A DNA stretch of 64,000 nucleotides, taken from the NCBI GenBank assembly GCA_964016885.1, contig OZ024742.1, positions 201,934,001 to 201,998,000 on the forward strand, read 5' to 3'. The first letter of the stretch is position 1; each line of letters begins with the position of its first letter. The notes under the pieces were generated by a model. It saw only the letters and a list, made by a program, of their open reading frames with translations, ran no database searches and had not been told where the DNA came from. The DNA is from Eledone cirrhosa (taxonomy: Eukaryota). Positions 16,245-30,966 of this stretch are shown in pieces. Both the position numbers and the translations under genes were made by a program.

Positions 16245-18015
16245 TTCAAGAGTAACCAATCTTAAAGAGACAGATGAGGAGATATTTATAAACCATGCAC
16301 CATATTATAATAAGGCTCTTTCTGAATCTGGTTATGAACAGTCCATTTACTACATACCTAAATGCCATAACACAGCAATTCACCATAATGAACTTAACAC
16401 TAGAACTAGAAATACCTTAGCATATAGCCAGATTCGCCGGAATGTTAGCCGTAACAGCACCTATACAGGGTGGCAGCGGCCTGCTTCCCACTCCAAGTAG
16501 CAAACTAAAAATCAACCCTAGAATAGGAATGAGCAATGGGATGACAAATAACAAATGCCCAGGTAATAATAACCCTAAGAAAGCCCCTACCAACTCCACT
16601 AGAACCCCTAGAAGGAATAGGCCTAGAAATATCACCTGGTTTAACCCCACATTCTCATCTAATCTAGCCACTAATATCCCTAAACGCTTCTTCTCTATCC
16701 TATCTAAACATTTCCCCCCCAACCATAGATATTACTAACTCTTTAATTAAAATAACATTAAAATCTCATTCTCCACAACACCTAACCTAGCTAGCCATGT
16801 CGCATTCAGTAACCATCATAAACTAAGACAGTATAACTCCCGCACCGCGGTACCACAACCCATATCAAATACACTACGCCACTACACCAATACTTACTCT
16901 AGTAGCACACCTCCCCCATCTAATCCTTCTAACACTGACCAACCGCTTAGGTTAAACTACCCTACTCTCACTAACCGCAGAAGTAACTGCAATTGCCGTT
17001 ACCCTAATGCATGCCCACTAAATGGACACTGCCTGCCACCCAACATTGTCTATAGGTGCACTGTTAAAACTGCTTCGAATACCAGCTCCTATATCGGGTC
17101 TACCTCTAACCCTTTTAAGGTACGCTATAACGCGCACTCCTTTTCCTTCCGAGACCCTAACAACAGATGTTCGACACCTCTAGCTAGGCTCATTAAAAAC
17201 TTTAAATTAACCAACATTGAACACTCACTAAGATGGGATATCTTAGCTAGCGCCCAACCGTTCAATGGACGAAGAAAATCTTGTGATCTCTGTATTACTG
17301 AAGCATATTACATAACTCTATCACGAGCTCTACCGATTAACGATAGAACGGAGGTAACTATTAGCTGTCAACATCGAAGGGCTAATTCCTTAGCCAACAG
17401 AATGTTGAACCCAACATAGTCATCTAGCCTCATTTTTACTTGTAGCTAATAAGTTAAATAGCTATAACTAACTTAGATAATTATAAGTTACCTCCCTTAC
17501 ATTGTGTCTAAATTTAAAAAAAAAATTAGCACTTAACTATAAACTACCCACAATTTCTAATCTCTTGTTGAGTTACTTCCCCTGAAACCACCCTCTAATT
17601 AGTAAGGTAAATATGTCCATTGGCGGCCATCTTGTTACCCATAGGCAGATCTCACACAATGCAGCCTCGACAGAAGAATACTGCTTGATTATGGCAGACA
17701 ATTGATACACCCAGGACACCATAGTGAAATTACATTTATGTAACATTCTCTCCTTATTTTAATTTATATTCCTTTGAAGTTCCGATGAGCCGCTCTATCT
17801 TTAACTATGTTAATTATTTTCAACCAGATCAATAATGATATATAGTCATTTGATCCAGAAATATATGGAGTAGCGAAACAATTGTAAACGGACATTATTA
17901 TTATTAATATTATTATTATTATTCTCTACATTCCTTACATCAAACTAAAATATGTGGACAATCTTTTAATAATGTTTTCCTTGTGAAATATGTGGTCTTG
18001 TTTTGCTTAACTAAT
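16241..18015 (+). mobile_element. 5'-truncated Penelope-like element of a second family (thumb, WFNP linker, GIY-YIG, 3' UTR with hammerhead)
   Basis: YYNKALSESGY, RNITWFNPTFSSNLATNIPKRFFSILSKHFPPNH and NCNCRYPNACPLNGHCL...YIGSTSNPFKVRYNAH...CDLCITEA...INDRTE...CQH, with a stop at 17417-17419. (TA)n lies on both flanks. Confidence 0.9.
17779..17889 (+). ncRNA. Hammerhead-like motif with a long stem II
   Basis: gtt CCGATGA (17782-17788) ... GAAA (17875-17878), palindrome ACAATTGT, then A and aac pairing with the upstream gtt. Confidence 0.6.
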
Positions 18016-18016
18016 G

Positions 18017-18481
<465 letters not shown>

Positions 18482-19869
18482 ATAGATATGCATAAGGGGG
18501 AGTGAATGCAAAAAGTAAATGGAAACAACATAGTACAATACAGAAATATATTAGTTTAATGCTTGATATATTTGGAAAATGTGTTTTCATTGCGGTCACT
18601 AGCTTGGAGATTGTTTGGGTCGATCTCTATCTCTACTTTCCTTTAGAAACCAATGAGTCGTGTAGATATTTGGACTTCCAGAGTCATTTAGGAAAATCTC
18701 CCTCATTGTTTTGTAGGTTGCAACACTTAAACGTACCATTGTTGTTGATGGTATTGGTATTGTTTCTTTGTGTTGGTTTGTTGCTGCATTCCTCGTGTTG
18801 GCAGTAATGGAAAAATTATCTGTAATTGTTGTTGCAACAGTGATGAGGTCATAGAATGTTTAGCGCAAAGATTTCACTTCTGAAAAGCACTCCCACTCCC
18901 CGAAACTACATACCCTTGCGTCAAATACAGTGTCGAGTCATATTTCATTTAAGTGCTTTCCAATTTGGGTCGGTAACTCTAGTTATAATCGTCGAGTGTT
19001 TACCGACACAATGCGATGCAATACTAATTTTCTGGAAGTTCTGCCAAAACATCTGATGAGATAATTGAGTGAGTCTCCATTCCACTTTGACAAATTTGGT
19101 CGCCTGCGTCAGGTATGAGGTTTTTCTTGATTAAAAAGAAATTAAAGAGCTCTGCTGTTTTTGCTGTACTTGGAATGAATGTTTTCTCTTTTAGAGTTGG
19201 TGAAAGTTTCGTTTTTCTTGTTGTTGTTGTTGTTTCTGTTAATGCTGATTCTCTTGTTGTTTCTGTTGCTGTTGAATCTCTTGTTGTTGTTGTTGGTATT
19301 CACACTGCTATCATTGACGATCTTATTGTTTCTATCCTTGATATTGCTCCTGTTGCTGTTGTTTACATTAGAACTGTTTAACAAAATGGTCGTGTTTTTG
19401 AGGTTAGTGAAAGGTTAGGGAATACAAGTTTTTGCTTCTGTTGTAGTTTGTTGTGGTAGAATTTGTTATGATAGTGGTTGTGATGTCGATGGCCTCGTTA
19501 TCTTCTTGATTTTGCTTGTTTGAGACGTTCGTAATAGCCCGAACTTCTGTTGATCTCTGGTCGTTCCATTCAATGGCCAGACGACTGTCCCATTTTACGG
19601 ACTCCATAGGGAGATATTTTACTTTATTTTGATTAACAAATGGCATGTAATTGTATATCAAATACAGATTTTACCCAAAAGCCCGAGCTTTTAGGGATGC
19701 AATTTTCAGCGTGCAAAACAGGCCATTTTATATAAAAGAATATCACAAGAATTGTAACAATAAGAATGTTGTAAACAATGAAAAAAAAGATGATTACTTG
19801 AGCCACCGTGATATATAGTTAGGAACAATGCCCAGTCTTAGCCCAAAACGAATATCTCCACAAACATGC

Positions 19870-20340
19870 TAGAGTTGAATTTTACATACACGGGAAACTA
19901 TACTAACACTACGTAATACCACTAGCGACTAAGAAGTACAGACACACGCCAGAAAAGGTGCCAGACAATGACAAAGAAACTATATTCTCTGATATATCAA
20001 ATCACGCAGACAGGGAAACCAAATCCAACAGACAAGATAAAAATGTCTTCTAATTGACATATCAATCCCTACAGATAACAATGTATCTATCAAATTATCC
20101 AAACATAAAATTTGGATATAGAAATAATTCGAATGTGGCTGATGAAAAAAAACAATCCCTTTAATAATAGATGCATAACCTAAACCCCAGGTCTTACAGA
20201 TATATACATCGTACAGAAAAGAAGGACTTCTAGACTCTGCCCACATATTACAATGAAAACTCGCATATAACACAAAGGTGACATCACTATACATACTAAA
20301 GGTTTCACAGAGCTGTGCTTGACAATGCACTACCGACAAG
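19870..20340 (+). mobile_element. Degenerate R4/Dong-like LINE 3' fragment (restriction-like endonuclease region)
   Basis: Frameshifted translation HTPEKVPDN...CLLIDISIPTDNNVSIKLSKHK...IEIIRMWLM...IPLII...AHIL, typical of RLE C-termini. Confidence 0.65.
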
Positions 20341-20349
20341 CAATAACGA

Positions 20350-21059
20350 TCTTTACTATAGGCACAAGACCCCAGTGCAATAATGGTACTTTATTTTATC
20401 GACCCTGCAAGGATGAAAGGCAAAGCTAACCTCAGTGAGTTTTGAACTCAGAACATTAAGGGCTATAACTCTATGCTACAAGGCAGTGTGCCCGACACTC
20501 TATCGATACTGCCGATCTACCACCCTAATAGTAATAATAATTGTTTCTACTTTTGGCACAAGGCTAGAAATTACCCTAGTGCATTACTGATACTTTATTT
20601 TATCGACCCCTTCTGATTTAGGCACAAGGCCAGCAATTGAAAGGAGAGGGTAAAGTCTATCAAATTGATCCAGTGCGTTACTGCTACTTTATTTCATCGA
20701 CCTCGTAAGGATGAAAGGCAAAGCAAACCTCGGCGGGATTTGAACTCAGAAAGTAAAGGGTCATAACTCTATGCCACGAAGCAAGCTGTCCGAAGTTCTA
20801 CCGATACTGCCAATCCACCGCCCTATGAATAGTAATAATAGTTTTTTATATAGGTACAAGGCCAGCAATTTTGGGGTAGGGGAAAGTCGATTAAATCGAC
20901 CCCAGTGCGTGTATGGTGCTTTATTTTATCGACACCGTAAGCATGAAAAGATGAAAGGCAAAGCTAACCTCGGCGGGATTTAAACTCAGAACGTAAAGGG
21001 ACATAAGTCTATGCTGCATGGTGTCCGACGCTCTACCGATACTGCCAATGCACCGCCCT
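20350..21059 (-). mobile_element. Head-to-tail array of four SINE family A copies
   Basis: Copies at about 20350-20526, 20540-20610 (partial), 20611-20824 and 20840-21059, mostly separated by AAT-rich spacers. Confidence 0.88.
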
Positions 21060-21617
21060 AATAATAATAATAACACAAAGAACAACAATATTTACAATAA
21101 TGTTTCACCTCTATTCGGAGGCTTTGTGCTGTCGATGTTATCACCACACATGAATATGTAAATTGCTGTTTAAAATCAGATGAATCTTTGGACGTGTCTC
21201 TCATCAATTTGTCTTTTAAATGGCTTTTCGATATTTTTCTTATTATTCAATTAATAGTTATCGAGAGAGAGGAGTGTTGGCGCGTGGCTTAGGGCTTAGT
21301 GTCTTCGGCTCACGATCGTAACGTCGTCAGTTCAACACCAGGTGATGATGATGGTGATGATGATGATAATATTAATGTTGATGATGTGTATGGTAACAGT
21401 CATGATTATAATGATGTCAATATGCTCTATTACCACCACCACCATCACCATCACCATCACCAACAACACCACCGACACTAACAATATCAACAACGTTAAA
21501 AATAATGCTATATGTATGTATTAATATGTGAATGTATATATATATACACACACACAAAAAAAGAAGATGGCGTAGGACAGAACAAAGGAGAGGCACAAAA
21601 CAAAGAAAAGAATCCCA

Positions 21618-21660
21618 GTCACTGAAGAGGTCACAGAATGTGTGACGAAAGATCTTTGAC
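21618..21660 (+). ncRNA. Minimal hammerhead ribozyme
   Basis: GTCA CTGAAGA g GTCACA gaatg TGTGAC GAAA GATCTT TGAC: 4-bp stem I, 6-bp stem II and palindromic AGATCT stem III. It lies in a cassette at about 21560-21840 that ends TGACCCTCCCAAAGTATAACAATA. Confidence 0.82.
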
Positions 21661-22026
21661 AATATATGAACAACTGTCCTGTTGTGGAACCAACCAACCA
21701 ACCGGAAATTTATAAATTTTTTGGAAGAATCTTTTGAAAAAATGTTTTTAAAAAATTGTTTAATTTATAATAAATTGGAGTGAAATCACTGGTGCATGTG
21801 TTTCTTATTTGCAACATGACCCTCCCAAAGTATAACAATAAATATATATATATACACACACACAAGCTTACGCACACGTACTTACATACTTATATACATA
21901 CATACATATATATATGTGTGTGTGTGTGAGTGTGTGTGAGTGTGTGTGTGTATGTATGAATGTATGGTTGTGTGTGCATAACTTTGTAAGTATGTATGTC
22001 GATGTAAGCATATATATATATATATG

Positions 22027-22490
22027 TCGGGTCACTCTTGAGTGCTAATGGTAACATGTAACCCAGTACAACCTGTCGCATAGTCGGCGACTAAACCGGC
22101 AACCTCACCAAATTTACTTGGTGAGGAGGGTGATTTTGGACACCCTTCAGGATAAAAAACAAAACCTGACAAAGGGCGGAACATCTCATAAGAGTCAACG
22201 GCCATCCGAAAGTGTGTAAATATGTACATAGACATGTACCGCGCGGTTAAACCACTGGGAGTGAAGGACCCCTAGCCTCTGTCAGGGCATTCTTCTAGGA
22301 GAAAGCAACTCAGGAAACTGGGATAACTCCGATATAAAACCTGCGGCTCAGTAGTTACCGATGATGTTGATCTTTTCTTCTTTTTGGGTTATAGCTACTG
22401 TCGCTCAAAGAGTGGGATCGGCTCAGTGCACAGTCTTTCCTCACTTTAAAAAATATCTTCACGCACAGGCATTGCACGATAGAATTGATT
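22027..22490 (+). mobile_element. Probable non-autonomous RTE derivative (5' UTR-like plus 3' end-like segments)
   Basis: CTAGGAGAAAGCAACTC...AAAACCTGCGGC and CAGTCTTTCCTCACTTTAAAAAA resemble RTE/BovB termini as I recall them. Confidence 0.4.
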
Positions 22491-22536
22491 AATAATTATT
22501 AATAATGATATATCAGCCATCATATATATATATACT

Positions 22537-22585
22537 GATTCCTGATGATTTCTAAAGAATGAAACAGTTCTAGTCCTGTAGAATC
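22537..22585 (+). ncRNA. Compact complete type I hammerhead ribozyme
   Basis: Stem I GATTC/GAATC, CTGATGA at 22542-22548, stem II TTC/GAA, GAAA at 22561-22564, stem III ACAG/CTGT and GUA cleavage triplet at 22578-22580. Confidence 0.85.
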
Positions 22586-22668
22586 TCATCTATATTAAAA
22601 CTGTTATACTCTGCAATGTATTGAGTACCTTACTTACTGTGGTTACCTCCGATTCAACCTGGAATAAC

Positions 22669-22709
<41 letters not shown>

Positions 22710-22719
<10 letters not shown>

Positions 22720-23137
22720 TATAAGATCAAAAGATGGTTAAAAGAGTTCCATGCATTTTATAATGCGCATTTCAAAAACAAATATCATCATGGGATGATA
22801 TTTGCGTTCTCATCAGATAAAAATAGGGAGACATGATATGAAGCTTAAAAAAGACTTGCGAGCAGTGAAGTGTTAAATGAACATATATGTTGATTTAACA
22901 CTTCACTGCTCGCAAGTCTTTTTTAAGCTTCATATCATGTCTCCCTATTTTACCTGATGAGAACGCAAATATCATCATATGATGATATTTGTTTTTGAAA
23001 TGCGCATTATAAAATACATGGAACTCTTTTAACCATCTTTTGATCTTATATTATTTATACTCCAGTCCTATAAACTGTTGAGTGCTACTTATCCGATATT
23101 TGCATTGCTATATTGTGCTACAATAAAACTCACCTCC

Positions 23138-23141
<4 letters not shown>
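22710..23141. mobile_element. Fold-back terminus of the 12392-14884 PLE family with two hammerheads
   Basis: Arms at about 22718-22885 and 22886-23053. Cores lie at 22755-22823 (-) and 22947-23016 (+). The tail ends CTCACCTCCTAC, exactly as at 12392. Confidence 0.88.
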
Positions 23142-23215
<74 letters not shown>

Positions 23216-23639
23216 AATCGAATTCTAATGACAGTAATTTTACGCAAATAAATGAAAGATACTTTGAGAAATAACATATTGTCTATAATATAATTCTCTG
23301 CATTATATTATTTATCATCATTTTTTTTCCTTTAACGAATTTTATAATCTTTTTTCGTTTTCACACAATACGTCTAGTTCTTTGTTGGTTGGTTGGCTGG
23401 TTGGCTGGTTGATTGGTTGGTTGGTTTCGTCCTCTCCTCTTTCATCAGTAGCAATCTCCTCTCTTTTATCTAGTTTACCTACTACTGCGATGCTGCTATT
23501 GTTGGTAACAAGAGTTATATTGAACATTCTGGTTCCTCCTTCTAATCCTTGTTACAATAATTTTCTTGTTTTGTTCTTGTCTTTGTTGATTGTTGCCATT
23601 GTAGTTAATCTTTAAATTGTTGGTATAGTTAACGTTCTC

Positions 23640-23962
23640 GTTGTTGTTGTGGTTGTTAATTTTGTTGTTGTTACTTTTGTTGTTCCTAGTGTTGTTGTTG
23701 TCGTTGTTGTTGTTGCTGTTGTTGTTGTCGTTGTTATTTTTGTTGTTCCTGTTGTTGTTGTCGTTGTTGTTGTTGCTGTTGTTGTTGTCGTTGTTGTTGT
23801 GTTGTTAGCAGGACAGTTTAATATCCTCCTGTTAAATTGTTGTTGTTATAGTTGTTTTATTGTTACGAGCTTCATTGGTGTCTCTTTTGTTGCTTTTCTA
23901 CTGAACAATACATTTATTCTTGTTATTCGTATCACAGTTGTTGTTGGGGCTACTGCTGCTGC

Positions 23963-23993
<31 letters not shown>

Positions 23994-24500
23994 GCTGTTG
24001 CAGTTGTTGTAGTTGTTACTGTTATTGTTAGTGTTATATCTGTCGCAGCATTTATGATATTTTCATTCGGCCCTAATGGCCAATAAGTAAACCCATTACT
24101 GTAGCCGACATTACTGTCATTGTTGCTATTTTTATTGCTGCTGTTGTTGCTGTTGTTGTAACTGATGCTGCTGATGTTGTTGTTACTATTGTTGCTGTTA
24201 TTCCTATTACTTCTGCTGTTTTTGTTGTTATAACTGATGTTGTTGATGTTGTTGTCAGTACGGCAGCTGTTTTTGGTCATATCCCTGCTACTGTTATGTT
24301 ATTACAGTATCTGTTTTCATCATTATTGCTACTGCTGTTGTTGTTATTAATTCTGGAGCCATTAATATAGTTGTTATTACTGCTGTTGTTCTTTTCTATG
24401 TTGTTTTGCTGCGGCTGTTGTTATTACTATATAAGTTATATTTGTTGTTGGTGTTGTTGTGCTAGTTATTGTTGTTGTTGTTATTGGTATTGCTATTTGC
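23640..24500. repeat. Degenerate (GTT)n/(AAC)n low-complexity region
   Basis: Read directly from the sequence. Confidence 0.85.
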
Positions 24501-25366
24501 CTTAGAACTATTCCTGTTGTTGTTGTCGTGCCTATAATTCCTTGTTACTGTTGTTGTTATTGTTACTATTGTTGCTATAGTCATTATTTTTGTCACTGCA
24601 GTTTGCTTTTTGCTTTGGCTGTAAAATTTGTTTTTGATATTTATTGCCATTACTGTTAACGTTGTTGATCATGCAGATGCTGCAGTTATTATTATTGCTG
24701 TTGTTGTTAATGTTGTTTTTAATGTCATGCTATTGCTGTTGCTGTCGTTATATTTATTATTTTCTAATGGTTCCTCAACCAATGCTCTAATCCTTTACTA
24801 TCCTTACCATGTTTTATTATGTTTTGTACTTATTTTGATTTTTGTTTTCGACTAATCTTCTCATCCTGCTTGTTATTAGTATATTATATTTATCCTTATG
24901 CTGATGATGATGCTATTGTTGCTATACTTTTCGTTATGATTATAGCTATTGTCGTGCTGATTGTTGTTGTTTCAGTTGTTATTGTTAGCGATTTTGTTAT
25001 TGCCCGTAAAAATTATACTGTTGCATATTGCTATAATTATGGATGGTAGTCCAATTTTTTACATAGGTCTTTTGTTCTTCTTCTAGGGCATTATTACTGC
25101 CCATGTTATTGGTGTTGTAGTTGTTGTTGTAATCATAGATAATATTTGTGTAATTGAAAATATTTGACATATAAATAAATATATAAAGCATGAAAACCAC
25201 AACATGCCAATATAAAAGACAGCTAAAAATTCAGCTTCCTAGCTAGAACTATAGCTTTTCATTCCAGTAATATTCTACAGGCATATTTTAGCACTATAAG
25301 ATTCATCCTTACATTTAATTATAAAAGCATATGGCACAGCTGTAATGGTAACTTCATACACACACT

Positions 25367-25401
<35 letters not shown>

Positions 25402-25624
25402 TAATATATATATAATATATATACATATGCATATATATATACATATATGGAGGAGGTTATATATACATATATATACATATATATATACATATATATATAC
25501 GGTATATATATATATATACACACACAAACACACACATAAACACACACGCACACATAAACACACACACGCATAAACACACACACACGCACAAACACACGCG
25601 CGCGCGCGCACACGCACACGCACA

Positions 25625-25699
<75 letters not shown>

Positions 25700-26293
25700 A
25701 TTCATTTTGTCAGTGTATATGTACAATATGATGCCAGAATGGAGAGGTCGACGTGAAATGGCGGAAATTGTATTTGTTTTGATATAGTTTCAGCTGATTT
25801 GTACATAACTGTTCAATCAACTGACATATAAATAAATAATTTGTTTTAGCATTACAGGCAAAAAAGTACCGTATATTATATTTAATGTAGTAAATAAATG
25901 GAGTTTATTGAAACAATGTTGATTTAGATTTCAGTTGTCACCGTAGGAAATTTGTGCATTTTTATCAATTTATCTATTTTGTTATTTTCTATTGGGTCGT
26001 CAAGTATGAAATTTGTAGAAATTTCTAGAAGAAAAAAGAATTTCTACAAATTTCAAGGTTGACGACCCAATATATATACATACCTGTTTCCCTGGACCAC
26101 AATTATAAACTGCTACTCTATACAAAGGTAAACAACGATTTACATCCTGTCCCACTCTAACCAATATTTAACATGTTTGTTAGTAAATATTCCTAATCTA
26201 ATATTTAGAGATTTTCCCCAGACTATTCAGACTCAGTTCATTTGCATCTTTATCCTATATTTACATAACTACCATCCCGATTGTAGTTCTCTC

Positions 26294-26379
<86 letters not shown>

Positions 26380-26522
26380 TCCCCCTCTATCTCCCTCCCC
26401 CTCGCACTCTCTCTCTCTCTGTATATATATATATATATATATACGTATCCGAGATACACACACACACACGCACACATATATATATATACATGTATACACA
26501 CACAGACATATATATATATATA

Positions 26523-26731
<209 letters not shown>

Positions 26732-26857
26732 GCTATTTTCAATTTGCAAAGCCCTTTAAATTGTAAACTCTGAGATCTATTCCTCGTCGAGTGCCTGGCT
26801 GCACTGCTGAAGGCATTCGTTGGCTTAGCTGCTGATCGAACTTCGAATATGCTGTAC

Positions 26858-26954
<97 letters not shown>

Positions 26955-28543
26955 AGACACACGCACACACACACATATATATATATATATTTATATATGC
27001 ACATACATACATCCACAAACACACATATTTACATATATATCTTATCATCATCAATATTTTTTTCTTTGGATTAAATGTTTATCAGTATTCCATGTTCAAC
27101 ATTTTAATTATCGTCTATAGAATTTACATTTCATCGATTTTTATAAAATGAAAAGTAATGCTAAAATCAGCTTCTTTTATTTAATAAAACAACAATGTAA
27201 TTTTGTGTATGTGTATATGAGTGCGACGTCTAAACTAGTGTCCTCTATCACCAACTAACATACCCTCTGCCTCTTGGTACGGCCGACAGGATTGAGGATA
27301 CATTGCCACGGGAAACGACTAGGCACACGTGCTGGAAAAACAAGGATCGCACTTGTGGTCAACCGAATCCACTCCGATGTGTTCCGGAGGACAAGAACAC
27401 CGGAAGTCTCCCCTGCTACAGGTTCTACCACAAACCTACCAGAGAGCGGCCGATACTAGCACTTTCCTTCTTTGGCTTAGCGGATAGCTTAGGCTGGGCT
27501 CGTAGCCAAACACACCATATTGCCACCAGATATGATGCCACATGCAGCATTCCAGATGAGGTGCCCGCCTTCAGGCAACCGGAAGAGTGTCGTGCAGTCT
27601 AGCCTTTTGCCGACCCTCGGTCCAGTCCCACTAGGTCGAGCTGAGAAAGGAACCTATGCTGTTCAGACAATCCTTTATGATTTCGTTGAGAGCAGCATGG
27701 CGTGTGAGGCGGTGAGCACTGTAACGATCATTCGTTTAAGCTGCATCTGTGCAACATTTATTCTTGACCTGAATATTACGCCAGAGTAGATATTGAACTA
27801 GTTTCCGTCTTTTTGTATCATCACTCTTACTCTTACTCTAATATTGATTCTATTTCTTTCCAAAACTTCTTGTTTCTATTTCCAACCTCTCTTACTTATA
27901 TTCTAAGACTTCTTATCCCCTCTCATCTTTCCACACACTCATTTTCTTTCTCTCAGGTTCGTGGGTTAAGATGTTTGAGAAGTAACTATTATCTATATGC
28001 ATGAATGTATATATGTGTATATGTATGCATATGTGTATGTATGTACATACGATTGCATGTATGGATGTATGTAGATATATGTATATGTAAGTACGTATGT
28101 ACGTATGTACGAATATATGAATGTGTGTACGTAAGCATGTATGTATGCATTTATGTATGCAAATATGTATGTGTGTGTATATATGTATACAGATGTGTAT
28201 ACATACACACACACATACAGACACACACAAATATATATACATATATATATTACACTTTCTCTCGTAAGCTTCTATATAACAAAATTACGTTCCTATCAGG
28301 CTATGCCGTATCACGTTTCATCTACAACAATAACTATAAAACACGGCCCTCATCACCCCCATTAAAACAGAAAGAAGTCCAACGACAACATCGTCATATT
28401 AAGCTAGTGTGTCCTATGGGGGCAATCGCGATGAATAATTGAATGTAACACAAGAATCGTTCCGCATACGATTGAAAATTTATTTTCCTTTTTTTATAAC
28501 GTATAACATATATTGAAAGAAGTATGTTAAAATAGACATACAT

Positions 28544-28652
<109 letters not shown>

Positions 28653-28698
28653 AACATATATATATAGATATATGTTTATATATAAATATATCTATATA

Positions 28699-28741
<43 letters not shown>

Positions 28742-28951
28742 ATATATATATACATACATACATACATATATACATATATATATATATACACACATATATA
28801 TATATATATATATATAAAACATGCATATGAGTGCATAAATGTATAGTTTATATATCTATAAATATATATATATATTTATGTATGTATACAGATATATATA
28901 TATATATATATACGAGTGTGTATATATCTATATATATCTGTATACATACAA

Positions 28952-28997
<46 letters not shown>

Positions 28998-29044
28998 GTG
29001 TATATATGTATATATATCTGTATACATACAAATATATCTATATC

Positions 29045-29101
<57 letters not shown>

Positions 29102-29470
29102 GTATGTATATTATATACACGCACACACATATATATAGACTTTACTTCTTTCTGTCTAAATAAGATAATTAACAATTGTCCACGTCAGTGTATTGTACTC
29201 ACATATTCTATTACACATGCGTGCCTCCATTGTCTGATATCGATAACACGAGAGTTTCTCGAAGCGAGTGTTAATTTTGTTGTTGTTATTGTTCGTTATT
29301 ACCGGCATGGTCAGTGGAGGAAATAGATGAGTGGCAAACATATATTAATGTTTTCTGTAACTTGAAATACTGGTGGGACGAACCTCTGTTGAAGAAGGGT
29401 GGTTATCTTTAAAGTTGGAGGCCTAGTCCGCAGCTCCGAATGCTACCAACACATGGGACTCCTCTATGTA

Positions 29471-29566
<96 letters not shown>

Positions 29567-29689
29567 ATGTGTATGTATATACATGTATATATACATACAT
29601 ACACACATACAGCCACACCGTAGTACAGTGAGATGCTGGTGTTGGTACCAAATCAAGCTTTCTATGCACAGCCAGAGTGTATATAATAG

Positions 29690-29880
29690 AAGAAACGAAG
29701 AAGTTTCGTTTACATATGAAAAATATTTATTGCGTATCGACCTGTTACGCAAGTTTCTTCGGGGATTGGCTGAAGGTGACCCATGGGAGTTATGGACTCC
29801 TACGGGTCCAATCCTCTGCGAAACACGTGTAACAGGTCGATACGCAATAAATATTTTTTATATGGAAACGAATCTTCCTC
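29690..29880. mobile_element. Fold-back cassette with a hammerhead 3' half
   Basis: Inverted arms surround the inner hairpin GACCCATGGGAGT/ACTCCTACGGGTC. It contains GAAA plus the palindrome ACACGTGT, then A and a nearby AATAAA. Confidence 0.7.
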
Positions 29881-29918
29881 GCTTTTTCTATTAGGTATAT
29901 ATATATACATACACACGC

Positions 29919-30085
<167 letters not shown>

Positions 30086-30679
30086 TATATAAATTTGAAG
30101 TGGTCGGACGTTGTATATGTAGATTTAGTCGGTTAAACGTCGAAAAGGCTTGGTGGAATGCAGAAAATTTACACAGTTGTGAAAAATGAACCGATGAGGC
30201 ATTGTCTCGACTTTCAAGCTACAAGCTTCCATGGTTACGGAGAAAATCGATGAAACAGGAATTTCCCATTCAAATTGAACTGAGAGTAATCTGTGAACGC
30301 AGAAGAAAATATTTCGAGAAATGTTGCAACCGCAGGAAAACAGGAAGACGAAAATTTGGTTCGTGAAGAAGTTCCCTGGTAATGAGCGAAAAAAAGCGAG
30401 TACAATACGTCGTTATGTGGACCGAGAAGAACAATTTCATGCAAAGACAAGACCAAGTTTATGGTATAAATGGAGTCGTTAGACTAATATTCGATTTAAA
30501 ATAACAGAATGATGTAAATAAAATTGAAACAAAAATGACAGAGGTTATTAAAATAGTAAAAGTAAATAGTGAAGATTTAGGCCAGTAGATACGTATGCCC
30601 CGACGGATATACACATACATACGCACACACAAATACATAGCCCCCCCCTACACACACACCCACATGCACGCACGCGCGC

Positions 30680-30846
30680 GCGTATGTATAAACCTTATGC
30701 ATTTCTACAGTATTTTCACCAAACTTAAGACATAGGTTGATGATGATTTTGTAAAAGTATAGTTTTCGAAGCAGTACAGAAGTATTGACATAAATCGTAT
30801 ACATAAATGCTATTTAATACCCGAGCAACGCCGGGTACCTCTGCTA

Positions 30847-30847
<1 letters not shown>
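30680..30847 (+). mobile_element. Non-autonomous Helitron 3' fragment
   Basis: Subterminal hairpin CCCGAGCAACGCCGGG, then CTAG at 30844-30847 followed by T. Confidence 0.7.
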
Positions 30848-30881
<34 letters not shown>

Positions 30882-30898
30882 CGTACACACACACATAC

Positions 30899-30966
<68 letters not shown>

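Noticed and set aside
18500-19661. Asn/Thr-rich minus-strand ORFs as a host gene
   Set aside because: There are stops in all frames and no domain signature. It could be UTR-like DNA but that is unsupported.
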